The notes beneath the pieces were generated by a model. The model saw only the letters and a list, made by a program, of their open reading frames with translations, ran no database searches and was not told where the DNA came from. The position numbers and the translations under genes were made by a program. Of a DNA stretch of 64,000 bases, positions 13,147 through 33,200 are shown in pieces. The stretch comes from Macrostomum lignano (Eukaryota), in contig NIVC01000157.1 in NCBI GenBank assembly GCA_002269645.1, positions 124,001 to 188,000 of the forward strand, given 5' to 3'. How positions within the stretch are numbered: the first letter of the stretch is position 1; every line of letters starts with the position of its first letter.

Positions 13147-13932
13147 GGCTCATTCCATATAAGCATGGTCGTAACATGACAGGTTATTTTTACTTATAAA
13201 ATGAAATCTAATAATAGAATATACTAAACCAATATTTTAAATGAAAGATTATTTTGTCTAGAATATATTTATAGAGTTTCATATAGATATCATCATTAGT
13301 ATAGATGCTATTAAACCTTAAATGACACTTATGGTCGTAACGACAGGATTTTTGACATATAGAAACTAAAAGGTAAAAGTCTTATAACATTTTTCATTTT
13401 TGATATTTTGCAATACATTTTTAAAATTTGACTAAGAACATCTTTAGAAATCATACTCTTTTATTAGAATATATAAACTCAAAAGGCAACAAAGATACAA
13501 AAGAAAAGGCAGCCTTATGGTCGTAACATTATGGTTGTAACATATTTTTTTCTGTCAATTCAGTAACTTTGAGGTACTAATACATTAAAAATATAATAGA
13601 TTATTTGGTCACCAATGCTTTTATCTGATGATGCAAGTACTATACTTTTATCTATAGTTTGTTTCAACCTTCAAAAGCTTTCTATTTGTTTTTAAAAGGT
13701 ACAAAATCTTAATGATGTCTTTTGCTTCGAAAAATGTCCAAATTTTTACAAAAATGACTTTTTGCCAATTGATAACATACTAATCCAACATTTTACCATT
13801 CCTTTATTCTTAGATTGTATATATTGCACAATATAAACATTTGGTAAAAAAATAGGCTAATTAGGCAATGGCAAGCAAAAATATTGACTTTTTTCTATTT
13901 TCCAAATATGTCCATCTTATATGGAATGAGCC
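13147..13932. mobile_element. Non-autonomous DNA transposon, 786 bp, superfamily unassigned
   Basis: Perfect 17-bp TIR GGCTCATTCCATATAAG / CTTATATGGAATGAGCC; AATA on both flanks; internal repeated GGTCGTAAC motifs; AT-rich and non-coding. Confidence 0.85.
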
Positions 13933-14189
13933 AATAGTAAGGCATGAAATTTCCATAGATGCTCCATAGTAGGTCAAAAAATGTTGTATGATATTTTGCT
14001 TTATAATATTATTGTAAGATACAGGATACAAGTAATATTAAAAAACTTTCTAGAATAGAGGACAGTGGTAAACAGAAAATGGAGTAAATTTTTGCTAAAG
14101 ACTTAAGGCAAGCATTGATCTCATCTTATTAGCTGGGGTGCCTCGCAAAATGGCAGGGCAATGCCTGTCTAAGCATGTTTTGGCCAACT

Positions 14190-14740
14190 CTGGCCTCTCT
14201 ATTTCGCCATCCTTCAGGTCCTTTGAAACTTTTTTCTTCTTTTCTCTATCCTCCCTCCTCACTCTTCTCTTCTGTCACTTCTCCTCTCTTTTCTTTCCTC
14301 TATCCTCTTCTTTGTTATCTCATCTATCATCTTATCACATTACTCTCATCTCTTTTCTCCTCTCTACTCTCTCATCTCTCTTCTTTTCTATTTTGTCTCC
14401 TCTCTGTCTCCACTACCTCATCTCTCCTCCTCTCCCTTCTCTTCTCTATCCCCTCTACTTTCTTTCCTCTCTCTCCCCGCTCTCCCTTTCCCCTCTACCC
14501 TCTCCTTTAGCTTCTCTCCTCTCCCCACTCTTTCTCATTAATCCCCTCTTCTCTCTCCTCTCTCTCATTGCTCCTCTCTCCCTTCTCTACTCTCATCTCG
14601 CTTCTCTCCATCTTCTTTCCCTTTTTCTCTCCTCTCTCCTTTCACTTCTCTCTTCACTCTCCTATTCTCTTTCTTTGCCCTCTCCTCTCCCCTATTTTCA
14701 TCCCTCTCTTTCCTTTTCTTTTCTCTTTCCTCTACTCTGA
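14190..14740 (+). repeat. CT-rich low-complexity tract preceded by the dispersed cctctctat..ggtcctttgaaact core (copy D)
   Basis: Core at 14194-14230 followed by about 500 bp of polypyrimidine. Confidence 0.7.
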
Positions 14741-16829
14741 GGAAAGGGTGAGGTTAGGGTGGGTTTGGGTAAAAAGTGTGGCCTCATTTGGTTGGTCAGT
14801 TTGGGAGTCCATAGTGCACAAAATTGTACACACATAAACAGACACAGAGCTTTCATTTTTTAAAGGTATAAAATTTGCAACATACACAAAAACATTGCGT
14901 TGCTTTTAGTATATTTACAGATGAACACTTACTTGGTTTTATCAAAAGTTAGATGTCAAAATCTTTACAACTAGCAGATGAGTAGTTAGTCTACTATTAT
15001 AAATACTTTTTTTGTTGCAATCACATTAATAGATTAAAAATAAAAAATGAAATAAATATGTTAATTTTGACTAAAATTAATAAAATTTTATTCAAATCTT
15101 AAATATAACAAAAAAGAACAATAACAACAACAATGGTAAACAAATTGCAACTATTATAAAATGTTATAGATATATCATGTAGCTATATATTTGTTATATG
15201 TTATATAGTTTTTATATAAATATATATAGAATAAACAATCTGTCCAATTGCTATATTTGAGTCTTGACAAATTATCTTTTAACAAATCAAATTTTTGATG
15301 GCTTGTTTGGTTTTAATCTAATAAAGTGCAATTTTGCCAACATTGAAACATAGTGAAAGCGATACAACTTAATTAAGTCAACTGATATTAGGACTAGGAG
15401 AAACATTTTAATTTTAAAGACTAGACCTTCATTTCTAAAGTAGACTGTTGACCTAAGTTGAATTTTAGCCAATCCTCATCATATGACATATTTGAGTCTG
15501 CTATACTAATAATAGAATGAGTGGCTAAGTACTAAAATTGAAAATAATGTTTATGATTTCTATATCATGCCATAGTATACATATACTAGGCCTACGCCTT
15601 ATGCAGATTGCAGCCTGCAGGTTATGCTTTCTTACAAGTTACTATTGTCTATTATGTCATTGAAGTGCTACCAAAGCCTACTGAAATTAAATACAATGCT
15701 TGCAATTAATACCATTTTGCCACAAAAGCAGAAAATTAAATAAGTAAAGAAGTAACATGGCAGCTGAGGTCCGAGAGTGGTGCAATATAACACACTTAAT
15801 AATGCACTGCACGTGTTAGTGTAATACATATTGGCATTATTCAAATTTATGGGACGTAATGATTTTTTTATGGATCATAGGTAAAACAAGTTATTTATAG
15901 TATTACTGTTGACTGCTCCTTGAACTGTACACTCTCTTTAGAGACATGTTAAAAAACTTATTTTCTAAATATTACAATAATTGACTTTTTATTCAGTACG
16001 TTGTTGCCTTAGCAGCATCTAATTTAACATGTGCAGTTCAATTTTATCTTTAACAGTGGTTTTTCGTAAGTACGAGCGAAAACCGATGTCTTAAGGTATA
16101 TTTGTTTTCTTTGAAACTAAAAAAACCATTTTACTTTTAAAAGATTCTGATGGATAACCGCCTTATACAATATATGTTATATACATCATACAATAAAAAA
16201 TACATCGAATCATCGACTGCTTCATTCAACATACTAATATTTTTATTTATAATTACTTCTAGTTCTATTTCAGAGAGTCTACCTTAAAAGACAAAGGTGC
16301 ACGCTTTAGCCCTTGTGGAGTATTTGTAATTTGGTACTCTATATTTATTAGAACATAGAAGATTACTCTGTCTTTTTCAGAAAAGGAAGTCTTGAAACTC
16401 ACTTTTTATATTCGAAGTCTGTCTGTCTTTCTCTCTGTATGTGTGTGCGCCTGTCTTTCCTCTATCTGTCTGAACTTGCTAATATTTTTGGAAGTCACGG
16501 TTTCCTTCTCATATTATAAATAGGTTATAAATTTCCATATCTCTATTGCCATCCTTCTACTTATAGCTAGCCATGTATTGGTATGATTTTTATGTACAAA
16601 ACCAAAAACTGTTTAATTAGATTATATTTTAGAGAAATTTTTTGTTTAAAAAAGTTTGAATGAACTAACTATTTCAATTATTCCAGCATTTCACTTTTAG
16701 ATTAGTTTCAAAGGTCTTTGGCTTTTAAAGTCCGAAGACTGTTTTAGTAAAAATGCACTTTACTAAAGTACTAACACTTCTCTGTTGCATGCCAGCAGCT
16801 CTGAGACTTCTAAGCGACCCCACGCCAGC

Positions 16830-20865
<4,036 letters not shown>

Positions 20866-21068
20866 TTTTGTCATAAAATTGCGTGAAACTTTTATAATCA
20901 TAGCCGGCAAATGTTTGGTGATTGCTCTCTACTTTCAGTAGCTTGATTTGCTAATTCCTTAGGTTCATGTAATTTTGTTGCAAATTTTCCTGAAGTGTCA
21001 ATATTTGGCGGGTTTTATATTCCCTGTTCCGCCCCTTGACAGCCACACTCCTAACATCCATAACTGGA

Positions 21069-21263
21069 GTCCCTGACACCGATAGTTTGGCGTCCTTGAC
21101 ACCCCATAATTTGACGTTCCTGACACCCATAATTTGAAGTCCCTGACACCCATAATTTGAAGTCCCTGACACCCATAATTTGACGTCCCTGACACCCTTA
21201 ATTGACGTCCCTGACACCCATAATTGACGTCCCTGACACCCATAATTGACGTCCCTGACACCC
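21069..21263. repeat. ~22-23-bp minisatellite (gtccctgacacccataatttgac)n
   Basis: About 8 tandem copies between two convergent genes. Confidence 0.9.
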
Positions 21264-21747
21264 GAGTTGCAACACCTACATTCCCTCTGACGTCACGACA
21301 GAAAACATTAAAGGGTTTGAAGACACAGAAACTTCCCTACGGTTAGTCTTAAACTTATTTCATTGAGAGAAGGATAGTAATAAAATATGTACAAATATAC
21401 GTTGCGCTGAAGAGTATAAATATGATATCATTCTTTCCTTTTTAATACTGCCATGGTGAATTTTTTTACACCGAGCGTAGTCAAGAAAATACTGTTTTTG
21501 AAACATTGGCATTGTTTATTTGTATTTTATCTGCGTTGAAAATACATGTACCTGTGCACTAGTGAAAATAACACAAAACAGCATTATGCAGACAGTAATT
21601 GCAACGAAAATTGTTATTGTGTAATTGTAAGTTCTGAACAGACTAAAAACAAATACATATTTATCCGACAAGAAATTAATAATTAAAATGTTTTTCACAC
21701 TACTAAACGCCAATTTATAAGTAGCATCTAATGGGTTTTATCAATCT

Positions 21748-23832
21748 CTAGGAGAGCACTGCGTACTTGTACCGCCTGATGGCATCCTCGTGCGCGTCCC
21801 GCATGTTGTGGCAGGCCGTGGAGCTCCGCCCGCGGGCCCGGGGCAGCTTCAGCTTGATGCCGACATCCGCCGCAGCCTCTTCGTAGTCGTCGTTGAACTC
21901 GACACCCTCCAGCAGGCGGGGCAGGATTCCGCGATGCTGATCCGGCAGGAACCTCAGCAGCCATCGGTCGCGCCGATCCAATTGCGTGGCGCCGCCTTCC
22001 GGCACGTAGCCGTCTTTGGCGGCGCTGCACATCTTCCTGGAGGCGGCGGCGATCGGGCCCCAGTTGCGGCGGAAGTTCCAGCGACGCTGCAGAAGCCGGT
22101 GCTGCTGCTGGACGCGGCCGTGCAGCTCCTTGGCGTTCAGCAGCAGCAGTGCGTCGTTATAAGTGGCCACCTTGCGCTTCAACCGCAGCAGCAGGTGTCT
22201 GTTTTGGCCGCTGGAGTTCTCTTGCATCGTCAGCAGCAGCGCTTCGAGACCGTCAAGTCGTTTTGCCAGGTAGCCGGCCGTGAGTGGAAACTGGACGACC
22301 TCCTCGGCAACTATCTGCTCCTGCAGGACCAGATCCGACTCTTCTCTGGCCGACTCCTTCGAGCTTCGGCGCTGCCGGACCCGCTTCGGCTTCTTTGGCA
22401 GGTGCCGTTGCCGGCGCAACAGCTGCGGCACCAGCTGGTGCTTCGGCTGCTGCTTCTGCCAGTGCCGCAGCTGCCTCCGGTTCTGCCTCCTGAGCGCTAC
22501 GGCCGCCAGCGCCTCCTTGTGCTGCAGCTCGCGCTGCTTCTTCCCCGGGTAATAGTGCTGCCGGTCGTACAGCACGTTGAGCGGACACCAGCTTGACGAG
22601 CCGCAGGAGGACAGCTCGCTGGTTGTCTGCCGGTGAGGACCCTCGAAGTCCTCAACGATTTCTGGAGCCGGCGACACTTCAGCAGCGACCCAGTCGGTGC
22701 TGATTTCTGATTCGTCCAACTCGGCCACCGACTGCCTACCGCGGCAGCAGTTCTCGGAGGCGTTCAACTGCATCAGCGAGTCGAACGTGCCGTTCAAGTT
22801 GTCGATGGCTGAACGGATTTTGTTGTCCATTCGGCCGCGTAGGTTGTCCACAGCAGCCAAGGTGTCCGTGGCTGTTGAAGTGCTGAGTTGAAGCTGCTGC
22901 TGGTTCCGAGGCTGCTGATCCCCTTCGCTGTTGTTGTTGGCAGTTGCAGACGCCCCAGACAGATCTCTGCAGAGGCAAATGCGTTGGGGATTTTCAACTG
23001 GCCCGTAAAGACTTCTCTCACCAGCCAATCAAGCTATTTCTGATTCACCTGTCAATCAAACTAATCCTTACCTGTCAATCAAGCTATTTCTCATTCACCT
23101 GTCAATCAAACTAATCCTCACCTGTCAATCAAGCTATTCCTCATTCACCTGTCAATCAAACTAATCCTCACCTGTCAATCAAGCTATTCCTCATTCACCT
23201 GTCAATCAAACTAATCCTCACCTGTCAATCAAGCTATTCCTCATTCACCTGTCAATCAAACTAATCCTTGCCTGCCAATCAAGCTATTTCTCATTCACCT
23301 GTCAATCAAACTAATCCTCACCTGCCAATCAAGCTAGTTCTCATTCACCTGTCAATCCAGCTAGTTCTCATTCACCTGTCAATTCAGCTAGTTCTCATTC
23401 ACCTGTCAATCAAGCTAGTTCTCATTCACCTGTCAATCAAACTAATCCTTACCTGCCAATCAAGCTCCGCTGGCTCTTCATTCTCTTCAGCTTCCTTAGC
23501 CGCCGTTTCCGCAGCCTGGCCCTCGCCAGCTCCCGGTTCTGCCTGAACCCGATGCCGCTGTTGTTGCAGTTCTCCGACACGACCGCCGCGCCGTGCGTCA
23601 TCTCGCCATCGGTCACTGAGCAGTCGTCGCAAACTGAGTCATAGCCATCCGCACTGCTGCTGCAGCAGGTGCTGGACTCGCTCTGCTCTGTACTGCTTTT
23701 TCTGTCGCTAATTCTGATGCTAAACCCTTTGTCGTCCACGCCTAGATCTCTGTTTTCAGCTCGATTTCTAACCTGAGATTGCTGATCGAAATTATTGAGA
23801 AGCTTCTGAGGTTTCTCTTGGAGTTTAGACAT
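21748..23832 (-). CDS. Uncharacterised protein, 532 aa; exons 23832-23453 and 22966-21748
   Basis: Donor CAG|gtaagg at 23453 (phase 2) and acceptor tttgcctctgcag| at 22967 (phase 2) join two long open frames with GC3-rich codons; 1599-nt CDS; basic KR/RR stretches and helical C-terminus; no family recognised. Confidence 0.75.
23025..23462. repeat. ~50-bp intronic minisatellite built from the exon/intron junction sequence
   Basis: Minus-strand unit TTTGATTGACAGGTGAATGAGGAATAGCTTGATTGACAGGTGAGGATTAG; begins at the splice donor. Confidence 0.93.
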
Positions 23833-24057
23833 CTTTTAGTGAGTAGCTAATCTACGGCTGGCGTCTGTGATATTTTTTCTTCAAACTAAACATTACTGCT
23901 GGGTATAATTTCGATTATAAATATTTCTTTCTACTTTACTTAAGCTTTCTATGGTAAAAACTCATGCCAATAAGCGTTAATTGAAATATTAAACAACTTG
24001 TACCGATTTCGACTTTGACACCAGGGTTGTGACGCTAGAATGAACACTGTTGCACTA

Positions 24058-24446
24058 GAACCAAGACTATGGCGCTAGAACAAAGATTATTGCGCTAGAC
24101 AAAGATTATGGCGCTAGAACAAAGACTATGGCGCTAGACAAAGATTATGGCGCTAGAACAAATACTATGTGCTAGAAAAAAGACTAGTATGGCGCTAGAC
24201 ACAAAGACTATAGCGCTAGAACAAATACTATGGCGCGAGACACAAAGACTATGGCGCTAGAACAAAGACTGTGGCGCTAGAACAAAGACTATGGCGCTAG
24301 AACAAAGACTATGGCCCTAGGGCAAAGACTGATGCTGGGGCAAAGACTGAAGCTAGCGCAAAGACTATGGCGCTACAACAAAGACTGTGTACTAGAACAA
24401 AGACTATGTACTAGAACAAAGACTATGGCGCTACAACAAAGACTAT
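24058..24446. repeat. 20-bp minisatellite (caaagactatggcgctagaa)n
   Basis: About 18 degenerate tandem copies. Confidence 0.92.
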
Positions 24447-24835
24447 GGCAATGGCGATGTTAAATTCTAAGCTCGAAAAAAATCGAGTTCGCGTAGTTCG
24501 TCAAACTTCCCTTGCAGACGGAAAGCTTTGTTCAAGACACCTCAGCTGATCAGTTCTAACAGCCGTATGCTTGAAATTAATCAGAACTAGCTGTGCCACA
24601 TATTATACAAAAATTAATTTTTCGACCGGATCAGAGTCATACAAAACCCAGCGATACTCGTGTAGAAAGAAAATTACAGAACATTATCAACCGCACTTTC
24701 CCAGGGATTAAGCTGCGGCTTAATAAAACGAATCAGTGAGCTGGATTAATAGCAGCATGTACTAACAGTACGAATGTAAAGTTCATCTGGACTGAGAATA
24801 TATTGTAGATTGAGCACAGCCAGTACCATGATAGT

Positions 24836-25910
24836 TACTATGGCGATCCTGTTAGACACAATGATGATCCTGTTAGACACAACAATGATCCTGTTAGACA
24901 CAATGATGATCCTGTTAGACACAATCATGATCCTGTCAGACACAATCATGATCCTGTTAGACACAAGAATGCTCCTGTTAGACAGAATGATGATCCTGTT
25001 AGACACTATGATGATCCTGTTAGATACACTGATGATCCTGTTAGACACAATGATGATACTGCTAGACACAATGATGATCCTGTTAGACACAATGATGATC
25101 ATGTTAGACACAATGATGATATTGCTAGACACAATGATGATCCTGTTAGACACAATAATGATCCTGTTAGACACAATGATGATCCTGTTAGACACAATGA
25201 TGATACTGCTAGACACAATGATGATCCTGTTAGACACAACGATGATCCTGTTAGACACACTGATGATCCTGTTAGGCACACTGATGATCCTGTTAGACAC
25301 AGAAATGATCTTGTTAGACACAATGATGATCCTGTTAGACACAACGATGATCCTGTTAGACACAACGATGATCCTGTTAGACACACTGATGATACTGCTA
25401 GACACACTGATGATCCTGTTAGACACACTGATGATACTGCTAGACACACTGATGATCCTTTTAGACACACTGATGATCCTGTTAGACACACTGATGATCC
25501 TGTTAGACACACTGATGATCCTGTTAGACACAATGATGATCCTGTTAGACACAATGATGATCCTGTTAGACACACTGATGATTCTGCTAGATACAATGGT
25601 GATCCTGTTAGACACAACGATGATCCTTTTAGACACACCGATGATCCTGTTAGACACACTGATGATCCTGTTAGACACACTGATGATCTTGTTAGACACA
25701 GAAATGATCTTGTTAGACACAATGATGATCCTGTTAGACACAATGATGATCCTGTTAGACACCACGATGATCCTGTTAGACACACCGATGATCCTGTTAG
25801 ACACACTGATGATCCTGTTAGACACAGAAATGATCCTGTTAGACACACTGATGATCCTGTTAGACACACTGATGATACTGTTAGGCACAGTAGTGATACT
25901 GTTAGACGTC
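24836..25910. repeat. 21-bp minisatellite (atgatgatcctgttagacaca)n
   Basis: About 50 copies; unit length divisible by 3 explains the long ORFs on both strands. Confidence 0.97.
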
Positions 25911-26472
25911 ATCCTGATTACAGTCACTTACTCAGTTAGACACAACACAATAGAAACAGTAGCAGTTAAGAACAGTAAACTTGTTATATAAATTAGTTCA
26001 GGTAAACTTTGGTAGTGCAACTTCTTGAGCTCCACTTTTCTAACCTGCGTGACAAAAGTGAGTTCATTCACGCAGATTCAGCAGTTCCTTACCCAGAAAA
26101 GGAATCAGAAATTCGAAGTACATATAACTTCTGGTTTGGCTCTAAGGTGTAACAATTGGGTTAAAGGAAGTTACCGTTGTAACAGAATGTTAGATACACT
26201 ATAATCCAATTTTTACTAGAATCTTCATCTTCTCTTTAATAATGCGATTTGGCAAGAAAGAAAATCTGCATTTTTAGGCACCCAGTGGATTCTTCCTTAC
26301 CTTCTCCTACTACCTCAACATCCTCAACATCCGATTGGCTGAAATCCAGTTCCGGACCATCAGCGAATCCTGACCGGTTCTGTCTGGCATAAAACCGCCA
26401 ACTCGAGCTTGTGCTGTTTGCGGCTTTTGCAGAACATTTTTGTGCCCGAGATTTCAGCCAGACAGCCGGGAA

Positions 26473-29141
<2,669 letters not shown>

Positions 29142-29735
29142 TCAGACTGGCTGGCAACAGAAACCAACATCAAGGATCAATGGCCGCTTGTACCTTATTT
29201 GGTGATAAAACATTGAGTCAACGAGAGCTGCTAAAAGCAGAAAAAATCAAGCCTTCAAATAAATATGTCAATCATCTGTCTTTTTGTTCAGTTATGCAGC
29301 AACATGCAAAAGTGTTGTTTTGTGATAGAAAAAGTAAGTAGTACATACAGCGTATGAAGGGTCCTCCTCTGTTCGTCAGTCAACGAATGAAGTGTCAAAA
29401 AATACAACAATATATTGACGCGTGCAACAATTGTGTGGCGCAAATCCTTGATGAAGGAAATAATCTCCATATTAGGCATTATGAGTTCATCCTGTACGGC
29501 TTACAGTTGCCACCCGCGCTGCCGCTTGTTCCATTGGATTATTAATTAATGCAATTTCAGCATTTCGTGGCGGGGAAGGCAGTGAGTGATAGCTTATGCA
29601 CAAGTTGGCGAGACCTGCATGAATTACTTTTTTATAAGATATTAGTAGCTAGATATAGCTATCCATGCTGCAGCAGAGTAAGTAAATCAGTGTGCTGCAT
29701 TGCTGTTGTGGAACTGCTTTCCAATAGTCTGAGAG

Positions 29736-30166
<431 letters not shown>

Positions 30167-30687
30167 TTATCTGCCTGTGTATAAGGTAATTAATAAAGCT
30201 AGATAGAACCCATTGAAGCTGATTGAACTTCATTCTGACAACTTCAGACATCAGATTACCTATTCATTATTTCACCTTGGTGATGGGCGTGGGCGGCATG
30301 CAGTTCCCTATGCTCAGGAGAGCAGTGAGAACAATGAGTCACTGTACTCGCCCCAGTTCATGGCCTCCCTAAATTGGTCCGCGGAGATGTGCACAGGTAT
30401 GTGGGGGACAGAGGATGCAGGAGAGCACTGCATACCGGTTTGCTGACGGAGATGATCGGCTTTAAGGGTGTGGAGAGACAAGAGCCAAGGCGAGGGAAAG
30501 TGCGTCCGTAGGCAGGGCATCTTGGCCGGCTCAGCACTGCACAGTCATCACCAAGTTGCTAAAAATATCCAGTTATGACTGAAACTGGGAACGCCCTCCG
30601 CGTGAATCCTCATCGCGCATAAATACAGCACAGCCGCGCTGCAATGTTGTGCAATTCAAGACTTCAATTGAGCGTCAAATCTACAGG

Positions 30688-31747
30688 ATGAGGCTAAACA
30701 GCTCGACTTCTCAGCTGGAGTTTTTTGAGTCGAATTCGCAGCACAGCGCTGGCGTCATCGTCAGGGCAGCTGCGAGGCTCGCTCAGCAGCAGAGCAGCAG
30801 TGACGGATTGGTGACATCGGTCTCAGGTGAACTTGCTGACGATGGGAGTTCTTGTGCGGTTGGGATTCTTACCGATAAGAATTGGTTAAAATAGGGAGTT
30901 GTAATTGATAGGAAATTTCAAGGATAGAGGAGTTTTAGGAATGGGGGGAAGTTCAAGGATGGGGAATTTCTAGGATGGAGGATTTTCAATGATGGGGAAT
31001 TTCAAGAATGGGGAACTTTCAAGAATGTGGGAATTTCAATGTTGGGGAATTTCAAGCATTGGGGAATTTCAAGAATGTGGGAATTTTAAAGATGGGGAAT
31101 TTCTAGGATGGGGGAATTACAAGGATAGAAAAATTTCAAGGGTTGGGGAATTTCAGGAATAGGATATTTTAAGCATGGGGAATTTCAAGGATCGGGAAGT
31201 TTCAAGCATAAAGAATTTCATAGATATAAAGTTTCAAGGGGAATTTAAAATTGGAATTGGAACGTCTTTAAGCGAGGTCAATTTCAAGGTTGGGGAATTA
31301 TGAGCTTGTGTAGTTTTAGGGCATACAATTCAGCGTTAAATGACTCGACATATCCCCTTCCATTTCCCCAATCCGCCCTGAATGGACGCAGTCTCGGCCT
31401 CCTTCGCCGCCTTCTGCCTGCTGCTGCTGGCCCTCTGCCTTGCCGCTGTCTGCCTCGCCTGTGCGTCGAAAAGCGCCTGGCGACGTCGTAAGTTCGACTA
31501 CGCAGACGGCGTCGCCGAGGCCGACTGCGACGACGAGCAGAACGACAAAGACTATGAGAAGAATTTGGACCATTTTCAAGGCCAGCATTTCTCGTCAGCA
31601 GAATTGAATTTTGTCAGCATTGAAGAGTCCAAGTGCCAGTTGTTGAAGTCCGATTCGCCTGCGCTGCTGAGGCTGGACTCCTGGCAGGACCGGGTCAGGG
31701 AGATTCCTGGCGGTTCCGACAGTCGATGCTGGGAGACTTTGCTGTAG
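30688..31747 (+). CDS. Small single-pass membrane protein without signal peptide, 164 aa; exons 30688-30826 and 31392-31747
   Basis: Phase-1 GT-AG intron; N-S-S sequon near the N-terminus; hydrophobic span SFAAFCLLLLALCLAAVCLAC followed by SKSAWRRRK; acidic tail; TATA-like CATAAATA at 30618. Confidence 0.72.
30900..31300. repeat. Degenerate ~20-bp minisatellite (ggggaatttcaaggat)n in intron
   Basis: Recurrent ggggaatttc(a/t)ag units. Confidence 0.85.
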
Positions 31748-31858
31748 AAAATTAACGGCAATTAAGTCTTATGTACATGCGAAGGATGCGTATCGAAGTA
31801 CTCGTACTTCTAATTAACACGATTTTAGTCCAGTTGTGTCACCTAGTTTAAGGTGCAA

Positions 31859-33200
31859 CCTGGATGTCCAAATTAAGCAACCCGGGTGTCTAAATGAAGC
31901 AACCCGGGTGTCTAAATGAAGCAACTCAGGTGTCTAAATTAAGCAACCTGGGTGTCCAAATAAAGCAACCCGGATGTCAAAATTAAGCAACCCGGATGTC
32001 CAAATTAAGCAACCCGGATGTCCAAATTAAGCAACCCGGATGTCCAAATTAAGCAACCCGAATGTCCAAATTAAGCAACCCGGATGTCCAAATCAAGCAA
32101 CCCGGGTGTCTAAATGAAGCAACTCAGGTGTCCAAATTAAGCAACCCGGGTGTCTAAATGAAGCAACTCAGGTGTCCAAATTAAGCAACCCGGGTGTCTA
32201 AATTAAGCAACCTGGGTGTCCAAATAAAGCAACCCGGATGTCAAAATTAAGCAACCCGGATGTCAAAATTAAGCAACCCAGGTGTCTAAATTAAGCAACC
32301 CAGGTGTCCAAATTAAGCAACCCGGGTGTCCAAATTAAGCAACCCGGGTGTCTAAATTAAGCAACCCGGATGTCTAAATTAAGCAACCCGGGTGTCCAAA
32401 TTAAGCAACCCGGGTGTCTAAATGAAGCAACTCAGGTGTCCAAATTAAGCAACCCGGGTGTCTAAATGAAGCAACTCAGGTGTCCAAATTAAGCAACCCG
32501 GGTGTCTAAATTAAGCAACCTGGGTGTCCAAATAAAGCAACCCGGATGTCAAAATTAAGCAACCCGGATGTCAAAATTAAGCAACCCAGGTGTCTAAATT
32601 AAGCAACCCAGGTGTCCAAATTAAGCAACCCGGGTGTCCAAATTAAGCAACCCGGGTGTCTAAATTAAGCAACCCGGATGTCTAAATTAAGCAACCCGGG
32701 TGTCCAAATTAAGCAACCCGGGTGTCTAAATTAAGCAACCCGGATGTCTAAATTAAGCAACCCGGATGTCCAAATTAAGCAACCCGGATGTCCAAATTAA
32801 GCAACCCAGGTGTCTAAATTAAGCAACCCGGATGTCCAAATTAAGCAACCCAGGTGTCTAAATTAAGCAACCCGGATGTCCAAATTAAGCAACCCGGGTG
32901 TCTAAATTAAGCAACCCGGATGTCTAAATTAAGCAACCCAGGTGTCCAAATTAAGCAACCCGGGTGTCTAAATTAAGCAACCCGGATGTCCAAATTAGGC
33001 AACCCGGATGTCCAAATTAAGCAACTCGGATGTCCTCTTAAGCAACCCAGATATCCACATTAAGCAACCCGGATGTCCAAATAAAGCAACTTGGATGTAC
33101 AAATTAAGCAAGTCCCAGATATCCACAGTAAGCAACCCGGATGTCCACCATAAGCAACCCAAATGACCTCTAAGCAACCCGGATATCCAAATTACGCAAG
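31859..33200. repeat. 22-bp minisatellite (tccaaattaagcaacccggatg)n
   Basis: About 60 copies; an internal block of ~300 bp is duplicated. Confidence 0.97.

Noticed and set aside
21790-22596. 268-aa plus-strand ORF
   Set aside because: Antisense shadow of the GC3-rich minus-strand exon.
24746-25991. 393-aa ORFs on both strands (MILLDT / IIVSNR repeats)
   Set aside because: 21-bp unit is open in several frames on both strands; no unique coding flanks or splice support.
30213-30520. Short ORFs on both strands downstream of the (GCCT)n tract
   Set aside because: No recognisable domain and no consistent exon chain.
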